A stretch of 64,000 nucleotides of DNA from Spirochaetota bacterium (GTDB lineage Bacteria; Spirochaetota; UBA4802; UBA5550): NCBI GenBank assembly GCA_963664815.2, contig CAXXHB010000003.1, forward strand, positions 1,216,001-1,280,000. Reading direction: 5' to 3'. The position numbers were made by a program, and so were the translations under genes. Within the stretch, counting starts at the first letter, position 1, and each line of letters opens with the position of its first letter. The notes under the pieces were generated by a model. It did no database searches, had not been told where the DNA came from, and saw nothing but the letters and a program-made list of their open reading frames with translations. Below are positions 30,645-41,380 of this stretch, in pieces.

Positions 30645-31811
30645 CTAATCCCTGGTAAATAGATCTCTTGTGAAAACCTTATCTTTAACATCATCAAGTT
30701 CATAGTGGTGCCTGTTTGTTACAATTATATCCGATTCTCTTTTGAATTCGTCGAGCGTTGTTATTTTTTTCGAACCGAAAAAGTGATCTTCTTTCAGAGA
30801 TGGTTCAAAAACAATGCATTCAATTCCCTTAGCTTTAATCCTTTTCATGATCCCCTGTATTGACGATGCCCTGAAGTTATCAGATCCCTCTTTCATGACA
30901 AGTCTGTAAATTCCTACTTTCCGCGGTTTTCTGGCAATTATCTGATCTGCAAGGAAATCTTTCCTTGTGCTGTTTGCATCAACAATGGCTCTGATTATGT
31001 TATTCGGTACATGTTCATAATTTGCCAGAAGCTGTTTTGTGTCCTTGGGGAGACAGTAACCACCATATCCGAATGAAGGATTATTATAATGAGATCCTAT
31101 TCTCGGATCAAGTCCCACTCCTTCAATAATCTGTCGTGTATCGAGATTATATTTAAGAGCATAAGAATCAAGCTCGTTGAAGTAGGCAACCCTGAGGGCC
31201 AGGTATGTATTTGAAAAAAGTTTGATCGCTTCAGCTTCCGTTGATGAAGTGAAGAGCACAGGAGTATTGCTGTCCAGAGAACCTTCTTTAAGAATGTTTG
31301 CAATTACCTCGGCTTCTTTTGACTGTTCACCGACTATTATCCGGGAGGGGTGAAGGTTGTCAAAAAGGGCTTTACCCTCCCGCAGGAATTCAGGGGAGAA
31401 GATAAGTTTCATGCCGGGGTATTTTTTTCTTGTATTGCTGGTATATCCCACGGGAATTGTCGATTTGATACATACTATAGCGGTTTTATTATATTTTGCG
31501 ATCGCATCAAATATTTTCTCTATTACAGATGTATCGAAGAAATTTCCTTCAGAGTTATAATCAGTCGGCCCGGCGACAAATATTAAATCTGCATCTTTGT
31601 AGGCCTCTTCGGCTTTCGTAGTTGCTCTAAGATTAAGGTTTTTATTAGCCAGAAAATCGGATATTTCATGGTCTTCGATCGGTGAAATTTTTTTATTAAT
31701 CAGATCTACTTTTTCCTGAATTATGTCAACCGCTGTGACTTCATGTCTTTGAGAAACAAGTACTGCTATGGACAATCCTACATAACCTGTTCCGGCTACC
31801 GTTATTTTCAT
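30645..31811 (-). CDS. ugd: UDP-glucose 6-dehydrogenase
   Basis: [40 protein letters not shown]. Confidence 0.97.
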   Translation of the reverse strand: MKITVAGTGYVGLSIAVLVSQRHEVTAVDIIQEKVDLINKKISPIEDHEISDFLANKNLNLRATTKAEEAYKDADLIFVAGPTDYNSEGNFFDTSVIEKIFDAIAKYNKTAIVCIKSTIPVGYTSNTRKKYPGMKLIFSPEFLREGKALFDNLHPSRIIVGEQSKEAEVIANILKEGSLDSNTPVLFTSSTEAEAIKLFSNTYLALRVAYFNELDSYALKYNLDTRQIIEGVGLDPRIGSHYNNPSFGYGGYCLPKDTKQLLANYEHVPNNIIRAIVDANSTRKDFLADQIIARKPRKVGIYRLVMKEGSDNFRASSIQGIMKRIKAKGIECIVFEPSLKEDHFFGSKKITTLDEFKRESDIIVTNRHHYELDDVKDKVFTRDLFTRD

Positions 31812-32077
31812 AGTAAAACCTCTCTTAACTATACTTTTTCAGAATACTGTTCCTGAACAGTTAAAATCGCCTGATTATTTTGTTGAGGAGTGATAAATGA
31901 AAATAAAACAGCATTCAGTCAATCTCTTTTTACCATTATGATTACCTGAGTCAGACGATTTTTATAGATTATGATACAATAATATGAAACATATCTGTTT
32001 TCTGTGATTGTAATTGACTAAATTTAAGATAATTGATAAATACGACGGAATGGAATCTTTCATCAACTGAATAATAT

Positions 32078-32584
32078 ATGTTATCCCGGAATATACAATC
32101 CTGCATATTAATCTTTCTTTTATTATTTTCATTTATAATTGATCTGCATGGTGAAGATCAATATAGTAATGGAAGAAAAAACTATATCATATTGAAAAAT
32201 ATGTATGACAAATGGGACTGCGGTTTATTCGGGAGCAGGAAACTTTGTGAAGACAGGCTTTATCGCTTATTGGTTGAAATGATTGATGCCGATATATTAA
32301 CCGGAAGGGACTATAATATTCCGGTAAAAAATGTTTATGAAAAAAATTACTATTCAAGTGATCTTTACAACCAGAAGTGGCTTCATATTCATGGACCAGT
32401 TGATGAATCCAGTATAAAAAAGTTTAAAGAGAGCGGCATTGATTATATGAAACAGGTCGAAAAAAATAAAAATTTGTATTTTCTATCCGGAAAAATAAAA
32501 AAGTTCAGAATAGTTAAAGATGGTTTTGAAAGAAGTATTCATTTATATCTTGAGTCGGTCATAATAACGGATTCAATAAAGTGA
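32078..32584 (+). CDS. Exported hypothetical protein
   Basis: 168 aa with signal-peptide-like N-terminus. Confidence 0.7.
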   Translation: MLSRNIQSCILIFLLLFSFIIDLHGEDQYSNGRKNYIILKNMYDKWDCGLFGSRKLCEDRLYRLLVEMIDADILTGRDYNIPVKNVYEKNYYSSDLYNQKWLHIHGPVDESSIKKFKESGIDYMKQVEKNKNLYFLSGKIKKFRIVKDGFERSIHLYLESVIITDSIK

Positions 32585-32678
32585 ATTAAATTATATCATT
32601 TTACTGAATCAATCGTAAACAGCAATAGTCAGCAATTTTTATTAAAACGGTAAATCATATTTAATACAGGAGAAAGAA

Positions 32679-34511
32679 ATGTGCGGGATTGTCGGATACA
32701 TCGGGAATAAGAGCGCTTCCGAGGTGATCATTAGTTCACTTAAAAAGCTGGAATACAGAGGGTATGATTCTGCAGGAATATCAGTCAACTGCGGAGGTGA
32801 GCTTGTTACGATAAAGAAAGCCGGTAAAATTTCAGTTCTGGATTCGGTTATTGATTATGACAATCTGAAGCATTGCACTACAGGTATCGGTCATACCAGA
32901 TGGGCGACTCATGGAGAACCATCCGATAGAAACGCACATCCTCACAGCGACTGCAATAATGAACTTGTAATCATTCACAACGGTATTATTGAAAACTACA
33001 AAGATCTGAAAGATGTTTTAATAGGGAGAGGTCATAAATTTACAAGTGATACAGATACGGAGGTTGTGGTTCACCTTATTGAGCATTATAAAAAAGAACT
33101 GCCATTGATTGATGCTGTTATAAAATCCCTCCGGAATGTTGAAGGGGCTTACGGACTGGTGGTAATGTCAAAGAAAACTCCCGACACGCTCATAGCCGCG
33201 AGAAAGGGAAGTCCGCTGATTCTGGGGGTTGGAAACGGGGAGATGCTCATAGCATCGGATGTAAGCGCTGTGATTGAACACACAAGGAATGTAATTTATC
33301 TTGAGGATGGGGAAATTGTAGAAGTTAAAAAGGACGGATACAAAATATTTGATCTTGATAAAAATGGCAAAACCAAAAGTATAGAATCTATTGACTGGGA
33401 CATTGCTTCAATAGAAAAACATGGTTATGCGCATTTTATGTTAAAAGAGATTTTTGAACAGCCGGAAACAATAACCAATGCCTTCAGGGGAAGGATTCTT
33501 ATCGATGATGCCATGGTTAAGCTTGATGGATTGGGTTTAAAAGATGAAGACTTCAGTAAGATTGAGAGAATAATATTTATAGCATGCGGAACATCCTGGC
33601 ATGCAGGCCTTGTGGCTGAATATCTGATTGAAGAGTATGCGCGTATCCCGGTTGAAGTGGAGTATGCAAGTGAATTCAGATATAGAAAGCCGGTACTGAA
33701 AAAGGGGGACATTGTAATTACCATAAGTCAGTCGGGTGAAACTGCAGATACGCTGGCGGCATTGAGGGAGGCGAAGGCTAAGGGGGTGAGGGTTCTTGGT
33801 ATCACAAATGTAGTTGGAAGTACTATAGCGCGGGAGTCTGACGGTGGGGCTTATATTCATGCAGGTCCTGAAATCGGAGTGGCCTCAACAAAAGCCTTTA
33901 CATCGCAGATTACGGTTATACTGTTGCTCACTGTTCTTCTTTCCAGAAGGAGTGAGATGTCATTTACTGAAGGAAGTTTAATACTTCGGGACCTTGTCAG
34001 GCTTCCCGAACTTGTAAAATCCATTCTTGCGACAAGCGAAAAAATAAAAGAAATAGCGAAGGTTTATTATAATAAGGAGAATTTTCTTTATCTTGGAAGA
34101 GGGATAAATTTTCCGGTTGCACTTGAGGGAGCGCTGAAATTGAAGGAGATTTCCTATATTCACGCTGAGGGATATCCTGCAGCAGAGATGAAACATGGTC
34201 CTATAGCTCTTATAGATCAGGAGATGCCGGTAGTGTTTATCGCTCCTAAAGATGAAATTTACAGCAAGATTATCAGTAATATGGAAGAAGTCAAGGCCAG
34301 GAAGGGGAAAATTATAGCCATAGCGACTGAAAATGATACAGATATAGTCAAATATGCTGATCATGTAATTTTTATTCCGGATGTACACAGGGCACTTCTG
34401 CCGGTTCTCTCTGTTATCCCGCTTCAGCTGCTTTCATATTTTATAGCTGTTTATCGCGGTTGTGATGTTGATCAGCCGAGAAATCTTGCAAAGAGTGTAA
34501 CTGTTGAATAA
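32679..34511 (+). CDS. glmS: Glutamine-fructose-6-phosphate transaminase
   Basis: MCGIVG, GHTRWATHG, SQSGETADT, PRNLAKSVTVE. Confidence 0.99.
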   Translation: MCGIVGYIGNKSASEVIISSLKKLEYRGYDSAGISVNCGGELVTIKKAGKISVLDSVIDYDNLKHCTTGIGHTRWATHGEPSDRNAHPHSDCNNELVIIHNGIIENYKDLKDVLIGRGHKFTSDTDTEVVVHLIEHYKKELPLIDAVIKSLRNVEGAYGLVVMSKKTPDTLIAARKGSPLILGVGNGEMLIASDVSAVIEHTRNVIYLEDGEIVEVKKDGYKIFDLDKNGKTKSIESIDWDIASIEKHGYAHFMLKEIFEQPETITNAFRGRILIDDAMVKLDGLGLKDEDFSKIERIIFIACGTSWHAGLVAEYLIEEYARIPVEVEYASEFRYRKPVLKKGDIVITISQSGETADTLAALREAKAKGVRVLGITNVVGSTIARESDGGAYIHAGPEIGVASTKAFTSQITVILLLTVLLSRRSEMSFTEGSLILRDLVRLPELVKSILATSEKIKEIAKVYYNKENFLYLGRGINFPVALEGALKLKEISYIHAEGYPAAEMKHGPIALIDQEMPVVFIAPKDEIYSKIISNMEEVKARKGKIIAIATENDTDIVKYADHVIFIPDVHRALLPVLSVIPLQLLSYFIAVYRGCDVDQPRNLAKSVTVE

Positions 34512-34567
34512 AAACATGCTAATAAATCAGTACAGGGGAGATTTTGATAAATAAAATATTTATATTA

Positions 34568-34596
34568 TTGACACATGTTAGGGCCTGTTTTAAATT
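34568..34596 (+). promoter_or_regulatory. Sigma70-type promoter
   Basis: TTGACA-N17-TAAATT upstream of the VOC gene. Confidence 0.55.
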
Positions 34597-34646
34597 TAAT
34601 CTATAAATTGTAATTATTTTTTTAAACAGTAAATGACGAGGTTAAA

Positions 34647-35018
34647 ATGATTGTTATAGAAAGTGTAAACCATATAGGTATCACTGTTTCTGATCTTGAT
34701 AAATCTATAAAGTTTTATAAAGAGTTATTTGATTTTGATGTTATTGAGAATATCAGTAATTCAGGACAGGCTTTCCTGAAAATGGGTGATATTCTTCTCT
34801 CTCTTGTTGAGATTAAAGGGTATAAAACCAGCAGTGAATCGAGGAATTGCATCTCTTTTTATGTTGATGAAGAGGATTTTGAAGACGCAATTGATGAAAT
34901 AGAAGAAACAGGAATTAAAGTGGTATTTGGGCCGGAAAATATACGAAAAGGGCAGAGAGTGGTTTTTGCAGATCCAGACGGAAATCATATTGAATTATCA
35001 TATCCGAAAATTGACTGA
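34647..35018 (+). CDS. VOC/glyoxalase family protein
   Basis: NHIGITVSDLDKSIKFY...FADPDGNHIEL. Confidence 0.92.
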   Translation: MIVIESVNHIGITVSDLDKSIKFYKELFDFDVIENISNSGQAFLKMGDILLSLVEIKGYKTSSESRNCISFYVDEEDFEDAIDEIEETGIKVVFGPENIRKGQRVVFADPDGNHIELSYPKID

Positions 35019-35047
35019 TTTTTTTTTAATATTGATTTGAAATCCAG

Positions 35048-35081
35048 ACAGGGTTACCATTACAGGTAACCCTGTTTTTTT
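35048..35081 (+). terminator. Intrinsic terminator
   Basis: acagggttacc-attaca-ggtaaccctgt followed by a T-run. Confidence 0.8.
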
Positions 35082-35108
35082 GAATAAAATAAATTTATTT
35101 AAAAGGAG

Positions 35109-35738
35109 ATGGCCATGCTTAAAGGTATATTGCAGAGAGTAAAATTAATTCCGGTATGTGTTTTTGATGATTCTGATAGTGCGGTGAAAACAGCCGAGTT
35201 GCTTCTCAAATATGGCGTGGATGTTATTGAGGTGACATTAAGAACTGAAAACGCCTTTAACTGTATCAGGGCGATAAAACATGAGTTTAAGGATGCAATA
35301 GTCGGGGCAGGGAGCGTCCTGAATCTTTCCGATTTTAAAAAATCTGCTGATTACGGCGCGGTTTTTGCAGTTTCGCCATGTTTTGACGAATCTCTATGTG
35401 AAGAAGCTGATAAAAATGACATACCCTATATACCCGGTATATCAACGCCCAGCGAACTTTATAAAGCATTAAAGTTCTCCAGTCTTATTAAGATTTTTCC
35501 TGCAGCAGCACTCGGTGGGGTGAATTATATTAATGCCATAGCAGCTCCTTTCAGATTGTCAGATTTTGGACTCATACCCACGGGCGGAATAGACAACAAT
35601 AATTATAAAGAATATCTTGAAGCTGAAAAAGTTGTTGCATGCGGGCTATCTTACCCTGTTCATGAAAAACTACTGAAAGAGAGAAAGTTTGACAGCATTG
35701 AAAAAAGGATAAAAGAGATATATGGAGCACCCCTCTGA
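35109..35738 (+). CDS. eda: KDPG/KHG aldolase
   Basis: IEVTLRT, VGAGSV, PGISTPSE, KIFPA, PTGGI. Confidence 0.9.
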   Translation: MAMLKGILQRVKLIPVCVFDDSDSAVKTAELLLKYGVDVIEVTLRTENAFNCIRAIKHEFKDAIVGAGSVLNLSDFKKSADYGAVFAVSPCFDESLCEEADKNDIPYIPGISTPSELYKALKFSSLIKIFPAAALGGVNYINAIAAPFRLSDFGLIPTGGIDNNNYKEYLEAEKVVACGLSYPVHEKLLKERKFDSIEKRIKEIYGAPL

Positions 35739-36693
35739 TAAATCGGGTAAGGATATTGATTACCTTGTTAAATCCGCGATAGAGTGCAGAGATCGTCTAT
35801 TTCATGATTCTGAAACAGACTGTTTCCGGATTTTTAACAATACAGGCGACGGTTTCGATGGATTAACAATAGATTTCTATGCCGGTTTTATTCTTATACA
35901 GTTTTTTAATAATAAAGCTGAAGAGGTTTTAAAGAGTATAGTCCATATTTTATTGGAAGCAATTCCAGTTCCCGTAAATGCAGTATTGTGTAAAAACAGG
36001 ATGGTTCCGGCGCGCGGTGTTATTCCTGATGATTTATGGAAAAGCCGTGTAGTTGAGGGAAGTTATCCAGCTGATGGAATAATTGTTTCACAGAACAGGA
36101 TAAAAGCCCGGGTGGATCTTATTAATGGGCAGAATACAGGTATATTCCTTGATATGAGAGAGATTCGCGATATGCTTGGTTCTTTCTATGGAGCGGAATC
36201 GATTAATAGGATGTTAAACCTTTTCAGCTATACAGCACTTTTTTCAGTACATGCGTTAAAAAATGGAATCGCCAGTGCAATAAATATTGATTTATCAAGA
36301 GCTGTTCTGAACAGAGCAAAAGTAAACTATATACTTAATGATCTTAAGGTTGATTCAAGGGACTTTATATATGGCGATGCCCTTGAGTGGACAAAACAGC
36401 TGATTAAGAAAAAAACATATTTTGATTATGTGGTTTTTGATCCGCCGACCTTCGCCAGAAATAAGAAGAAAAATTTTTCAGTAAAGAAGGATTATTCAGA
36501 TTCCCTGAACATAGTTGAGTTGCTTGTTCGGGATGGATTTGTTCTCACTTCGGTAAATTCATATACTGTAACAGAAAGGGAGTACAGGTCCTATCACCCG
36601 GACTCATGGGATTTGTTAATGTTCGGCAATGAATCTTCCGATTTTATATACAGTGGTAATCATTATCTGAAGGTAGGACTCTGGAAAATTTAA
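35722..36693 (+). CDS. RlmI/RlmK-like SAM-dependent methyltransferase
   Basis: GQNTGIFLDMR, LNLFSYT, DPPTF. Confidence 0.88.
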   Translation: MEHPSDKSGKDIDYLVKSAIECRDRLFHDSETDCFRIFNNTGDGFDGLTIDFYAGFILIQFFNNKAEEVLKSIVHILLEAIPVPVNAVLCKNRMVPARGVIPDDLWKSRVVEGSYPADGIIVSQNRIKARVDLINGQNTGIFLDMREIRDMLGSFYGAESINRMLNLFSYTALFSVHALKNGIASAINIDLSRAVLNRAKVNYILNDLKVDSRDFIYGDALEWTKQLIKKKTYFDYVVFDPPTFARNKKKNFSVKKDYSDSLNIVELLVRDGFVLTSVNSYTVTEREYRSYHPDSWDLLMFGNESSDFIYSGNHYLKVGLWKI

Positions 36694-36806
36694 TTGAACT
36701 ACATTGTGCAGTTGAAAAAACCTTGACACGATGTAACAGTAATCCGATTATTTTTTATCCGGCAGTCCTGCACGACAGAGTTTCCTAATTAAAACCGGGG
36801 TAGTTT

Positions 36807-37754
36807 ATGATCTATTTAGCGATACTATTGATTCTTTGCGGCCTGCTGATAATTATTACCGCCTTGTTCATTGAAACAGGAAGAGCCTCAATTGCTGGCG
36901 AAAAAAAATCCGGTGGAGATAGTAGAAGTTATGAACGTTATCCCGGCGTTTCAGAGCTGGAGGATGTTGATATTATTTTACCTGGAGACCGTGTTATCCC
37001 GGTAAAAGAGTATGCTGCCGGATATCGTTCTAATAATGATAATGTAGCTGATAATAGCACAAATAATAATGAAGATATCTTTATCAGCTTTGATGATGAA
37101 CCGGCTGCGTATCATGATTCTGATGTTTATGATTCCAGGGATTTGAATAAAAGAGACAAACCACCCGGAGCGAAACATATTGTACCTGCTGAAAGTGAAA
37201 ATAATAAGCAATCGATCGTTGATGAGATAAATGAGTTTGACAGAGATGAATTTGACAGAGATGAGTTTGACAGTGAATTTGACACTATTGAAGATTTTGA
37301 TCGTGTAGATAGCTTTGAAGAGATTAAAGAGATTAAAGGAACAAAAGATTTTCATGGAAATAATGATTTAAAAAATACAGGAAAGATTGACCGTATAAAT
37401 CCGGAATCAGATGAGAATAAAACTGTATCGGCAATAATGTTTGATGACAGGTCAAATATAATAGATTATGAATCGGGCGTTGGTGTAATTGATCCGACAT
37501 TTTCCAAATATAAAAGTATAAAAAGGATCGGGAAGGGTAAAATCGAGTCAGATTATGACGGATTAAGCTTTTATATTGATGAAAAGCTTTACAGATTTGA
37601 TTTCCATAAAGTATATGACATATGGAGTGGTTTGAATTATGTAGCCCTGCCACTAAAGGGTAACAGCACTGTTAAACTGTTTATTATTGAAAATTCTCCA
37701 GGCTTTCCTGATAAGGTTGAAGCTGATTTTAAAGTATATGAAAAAGGATTGTAA
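36807..37754 (+). CDS. Membrane-anchored hypothetical protein with acidic low-complexity linker
   Basis: N-terminal TM; EFDRD repeats; TAATG overlap with the next gene. Confidence 0.8.
   Translation: MIYLAILLILCGLLIIITALFIETGRASIAGEKKSGGDSRSYERYPGVSELEDVDIILPGDRVIPVKEYAAGYRSNNDNVADNSTNNNEDIFISFDDEPAAYHDSDVYDSRDLNKRDKPPGAKHIVPAESENNKQSIVDEINEFDRDEFDRDEFDSEFDTIEDFDRVDSFEEIKEIKGTKDFHGNNDLKNTGKIDRINPESDENKTVSAIMFDDRSNIIDYESGVGVIDPTFSKYKSIKRIGKGKIESDYDGLSFYIDEKLYRFDFHKVYDIWSGLNYVALPLKGNSTVKLFIIENSPGFPDKVEADFKVYEKGL
37231..37286 (+). repeat. 15-bp tandem repeat (x3 plus partial) encoding EFDRD
   Basis: atgagtttgacagag / atgaatttgacagag / atgagtttgacagtg / aatttgacact. Confidence 0.85.
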
Positions 37755-38752
37755 TGTATTATAGATATAAATCTAAAAAAAAAGACAGAAAGCTTATTAA
37801 ACTGTTTTTTTTCTCCATGATTCTGTTTTCTCTCATTTATGCCGGTTATAATTATCGTTCGAAATTGATGTTTTGGAAGGTTAGTCATAACAGGATTGTT
37901 GATCAGATAAATAAAATATCAGGTGTAACTGATTCATCCGAACGTATTGAAGGATTGAAAAAGCTTGCTGAAGAGATGGAATCATATAAAAATGAAAATC
38001 CTGCAGAGCCTGATTCGTACATTTATTCATCAAAAGTCTACTACAATCTGGCGCTTGCATTATCGGGGAAAAATTTTACTGAAATGTACCTTGACGATAT
38101 GCTGCTTCAGCTTTCATCTGAACAGACAAAATGTTTTATTAAGTCGATTAAAAATATGAGTAAGGCAATTGCTCTTTTAGATGGAAAAGAGATAGAACCA
38201 CAGGATATTTTTTTACTTGGTAAAAGCTATTTCTTTACAGGTTACAGGGATAATGCTTCAATTTATTCAATGCTTAAGAATCCTTCATTATCAATAGATT
38301 TACTCTCTACAGATGATATAAGGTTTTATTCCCTGCTATGCTTGTATGAAGGCTCGGTTGATGAAGGTCTGGATCTTTTAGAAAAGAAGGGTGGCGGTGA
38401 GGATTCAATGCTCGGGAAACTTTTCAAGGCTAAAGTACTTCAGAATTCCTCGAAATTTACTGATGCGATAATAGCATTCCAGAGGATATTGAAAGTTACA
38501 GATGACCCTTATGTTCAGAAATTGTCTTATTCCAATCTTGGGAAGATATATTATAGTCAGAATTTATATAAAGAGTCAATAGATCAGTTTACAGCAGCGT
38601 TGCTTATTGGAGAAGATCCTAACTATAAAATATGGATTGGAAAGAATTACCTGGCTTTGGGTATGAAAGATAAAGCAAAAACTGTTTTCAGCGAGGCGTT
38701 GATATCAAATCCGGAGAACGAGGAGCTGAAAAAGATAATTGGTTCACTCTGA
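37754..38752 (+). CDS. TPR-repeat membrane-anchored protein
   Basis: N-terminal TM; SNLGKIYYSQNLYKESIDQF and IGKNYLALG TPR-like helices. Confidence 0.85.
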   Translation: MYYRYKSKKKDRKLIKLFFFSMILFSLIYAGYNYRSKLMFWKVSHNRIVDQINKISGVTDSSERIEGLKKLAEEMESYKNENPAEPDSYIYSSKVYYNLALALSGKNFTEMYLDDMLLQLSSEQTKCFIKSIKNMSKAIALLDGKEIEPQDIFLLGKSYFFTGYRDNASIYSMLKNPSLSIDLLSTDDIRFYSLLCLYEGSVDEGLDLLEKKGGGEDSMLGKLFKAKVLQNSSKFTDAIIAFQRILKVTDDPYVQKLSYSNLGKIYYSQNLYKESIDQFTAALLIGEDPNYKIWIGKNYLALGMKDKAKTVFSEALISNPENEELKKIIGSL

Positions 38753-38965
38753 GCATATTATTTTTATTTCTTTATACATATGGGGCATGTTTTACATGTT
38801 TAAAGCTTGACAAAAAATATTGAATAGCAATTTTAAATTATAAATATTATGTCATATGGAAAATGTTTAACAAATAAATCGTAACGTCTTTCCCTCTGCG
38901 ATTGATCAGTTTTAAATCAGCAGGAGGAATTTATAAAATGAAATTATTTCAGGGAGATTACTAAA

Positions 38966-39988
38966 ATGTTCGATTCTTTTTATGGAATGTTCTCAAACGA
39001 TATGGGTATTGACCTTGGCACAGCAAATACTCTTGTGCATGTCAAGGGTCAGGGGATTGTATTAAGTGAACCATCTGTTGTAGCTGTACAGACAAGTACA
39101 GGAAAGGTTCTTGCTGTTGGACATGAGGCAAAAAGGATGCTCGGAAGAACTCCCGGAGATATAGTTGCAATAAGGCCGATGAAAGATGGTGTTATTGCGG
39201 ATTTTGAAACAGTTGAAAAGATGATAAGATATTTCATTACTAAAGTTCATAAACGTAAAACCCTTGTAAGACCGCGTGTTGTTATTGGTGTTCCATCCGG
39301 TATTACTGAGGTTGAAAAGAGGGCTGTACGTGAATCAGCTGAACAGGCTGGCGCAAGGGAGATATTTCTTATAGAAGAGGCTCTTGCAGCTGCAATCGGC
39401 GCTAATATCCCAATTCATGAACCGGCAGGACATATGATCGTTGATATAGGAGGGGGAACAACTGAAATTGCTGTAATCTCTCTTGGCGGAATGGTTTTGG
39501 CTGATTCTCTCCGTATTGCAGGAGACGAATTTGATGAGGCAATAATTAAGTATATGAAGACACAGTATAACCTTATAATAGGTGAAAGAATGGCCGAAGA
39601 GGTTAAATTCCGTCTTGGTAATGTTTTCCCTGAAAAGAAAGTTGAAACTATGGATCTCCGCGGTCGTGATGCTATTTCAGGACTTCCGAGAACTCTCGAG
39701 ATAGATTCTGTTGAAATAAGAAAATCACTTAAAGAACCTGTAGAGATGATACTTGAGGGCGTCAAGCATGCGCTTGAAAGGACTCCCCCGGAACTCGCAG
39801 CAGATATAGTAGAACGCGGAATTGTTATGACCGGAGGGGGCTCCCTGCTTAAAGGCCTTGACAAATATATCAGTAAAGAAACAGGAGTTCCTGTAATTCA
39901 GGCAGAAAATCCTTTGACATGTGTTGTTCTTGGTGCCGGAAAATTCCTGGAAGAAATTAAAAATCTCTACCGTGCCAATCTGAAGTAA
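38966..39988 (+). CDS. mreB: Rod shape-determining actin MreB
   Basis: [24 protein letters not shown]. Confidence 0.99.
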   Translation: MFDSFYGMFSNDMGIDLGTANTLVHVKGQGIVLSEPSVVAVQTSTGKVLAVGHEAKRMLGRTPGDIVAIRPMKDGVIADFETVEKMIRYFITKVHKRKTLVRPRVVIGVPSGITEVEKRAVRESAEQAGAREIFLIEEALAAAIGANIPIHEPAGHMIVDIGGGTTEIAVISLGGMVLADSLRIAGDEFDEAIIKYMKTQYNLIIGERMAEEVKFRLGNVFPEKKVETMDLRGRDAISGLPRTLEIDSVEIRKSLKEPVEMILEGVKHALERTPPELAADIVERGIVMTGGGSLLKGLDKYISKETGVPVIQAENPLTCVVLGAGKFLEEIKNLYRANLK

Positions 39989-39992
39989 GAAA

Positions 39993-40880
39993 GTGGAATT
40001 TATTGAGAAACATAAGTCCTTAGTAGTATTAATTTCACTTTCGCTTTTTTGCATAATATCATTATCTGTTCAGGAAAGCGGGTTTACTCTTACATTTGAA
40101 GGCATCATAAGTGCTTTTACTGCACCTTTCCAGAAAGGATATAATGGGATTCATGGTGGTACAAGCAGGCTGTGGGCTGGTTTTACAGAACTGGACAGGG
40201 TAAAAAGTGAGCTTGAATTAACAAGAGCAAAGCTTCAGACATTTGAGGCAGCTGACGTCGAGCTGTCGGAAATTGAGAAAGAGAATGCAAAACTGAGATC
40301 TCTTCTGGGAATGAAGGCGATGCTCAAATATGATTCTATTGTCGCTTCTATTATTTCAAAAGACCCCGATAACTGGTACAGAACACTTATAATAAACCGC
40401 GGTGAAAATGATGGTATTACAGTAAATATGCCTGTTGTAGCTTACCAGGTTGTGACAAATGGAACAACTAATGAACTTGCAAAGGCTGTTGTGGGAAAAG
40501 TAGTAGAGGTGAGGAGTTCTATCTCCAGAATTCAGCCTTTAATTGCACCGGAGATTAAAATCGGTGTCAAAATCGGAGACAGCAGGTTCCCCGGTCTTTT
40601 GTCAGGATATACTTATAATTCAAATTTATGCGTTGCCAATTATATTACACGTGCAGCGCCTGTTAAATTTGGCGATTTAGTTATTACTTCAGGGCAGGCA
40701 GGTGTATTCCCGCCGGGAATAATTATCGGATCTGTTGTAAAGTCCGAATTGCTTGAAACAAGCCCTTATCAGAGGGCAATTATAAAACCATATATCGATT
40801 ATAATCTCCTTGATGAAGTTTTTATCATCAGGAAAGCTCCTGATAAAGACCTTTTTGATCTGTTTGAGGAGATAAAATGA
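39993..40880 (+). CDS. mreC: Rod shape-determining protein MreC
   Basis: EN..LR.LL, INRGENDGI, TSGQAGVFPPGI; operon position. Confidence 0.95.
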   Translation: MEFIEKHKSLVVLISLSLFCIISLSVQESGFTLTFEGIISAFTAPFQKGYNGIHGGTSRLWAGFTELDRVKSELELTRAKLQTFEAADVELSEIEKENAKLRSLLGMKAMLKYDSIVASIISKDPDNWYRTLIINRGENDGITVNMPVVAYQVVTNGTTNELAKAVVGKVVEVRSSISRIQPLIAPEIKIGVKIGDSRFPGLLSGYTYNSNLCVANYITRAAPVKFGDLVITSGQAGVFPPGIIIGSVVKSELLETSPYQRAIIKPYIDYNLLDEVFIIRKAPDKDLFDLFEEIK

Positions 40881-41380
40881 TAGTAACATATATTATTACT
40901 GCCGTAATTGTTCTGATTTCGCTGCTCATACAGAGTCATCCATCGTTTGATGTGATAAGAATTGCCGGTATTAAACCTGATCTTATTTTTATTATAGTCG
41001 TATATGTCGGGTACAGTTTCGGATCTATTCCCGGTCAGATAACCGGGTTTGCCGGAGGCTTATTTCACGATTCTGTCTCAAATTCACCCTTTGGATTTCT
41101 CGCTCTTCCGAAACTGGTTGTTGGTTTTATAGTAGGTATGATTGGAAGATCTGTTTTAAAAAGTAATATACCGACAATAATGCTGCTTTTATTTGTTTCA
41201 ACACTTCTCAAAGGGGTAATTACTTTATTTCTCAGCTATATTTTTACTCAGGGTCTTCTTTCAAGTATTATTCAGGTTATTATTCCTGAATCGCTTTATA
41301 ATGCGATTCTCGCCCCCCCCCTGTTTTTTCTTTTTGATAAAATATTTCGCGGAGAGCTGGAGAGGGAGGGTTATTTATAA
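40877..41380 (+). CDS. mreD: Rod shape-determining protein MreD
   Basis: Hydrophobic; KPDL, GF.GGL..D; operon position. Confidence 0.93.
   Translation: MIVTYIITAVIVLISLLIQSHPSFDVIRIAGIKPDLIFIIVVYVGYSFGSIPGQITGFAGGLFHDSVSNSPFGFLALPKLVVGFIVGMIGRSVLKSNIPTIMLLLFVSTLLKGVITLFLSYIFTQGLLSSIIQVIIPESLYNAILAPPLFFLFDKIFRGELEREGYL

Noticed and set aside
32585-32678. Possible glmS ribozyme
   Set aside because: Leader is short and AT-rich, and lacks the AGCGCC...GACGAGG core.
41313-41321. C9 homopolymer in mreD as a phase-variation tract
   Set aside because: In frame (Ala-Pro-Pro-Leu) in an intact core cell-shape gene.
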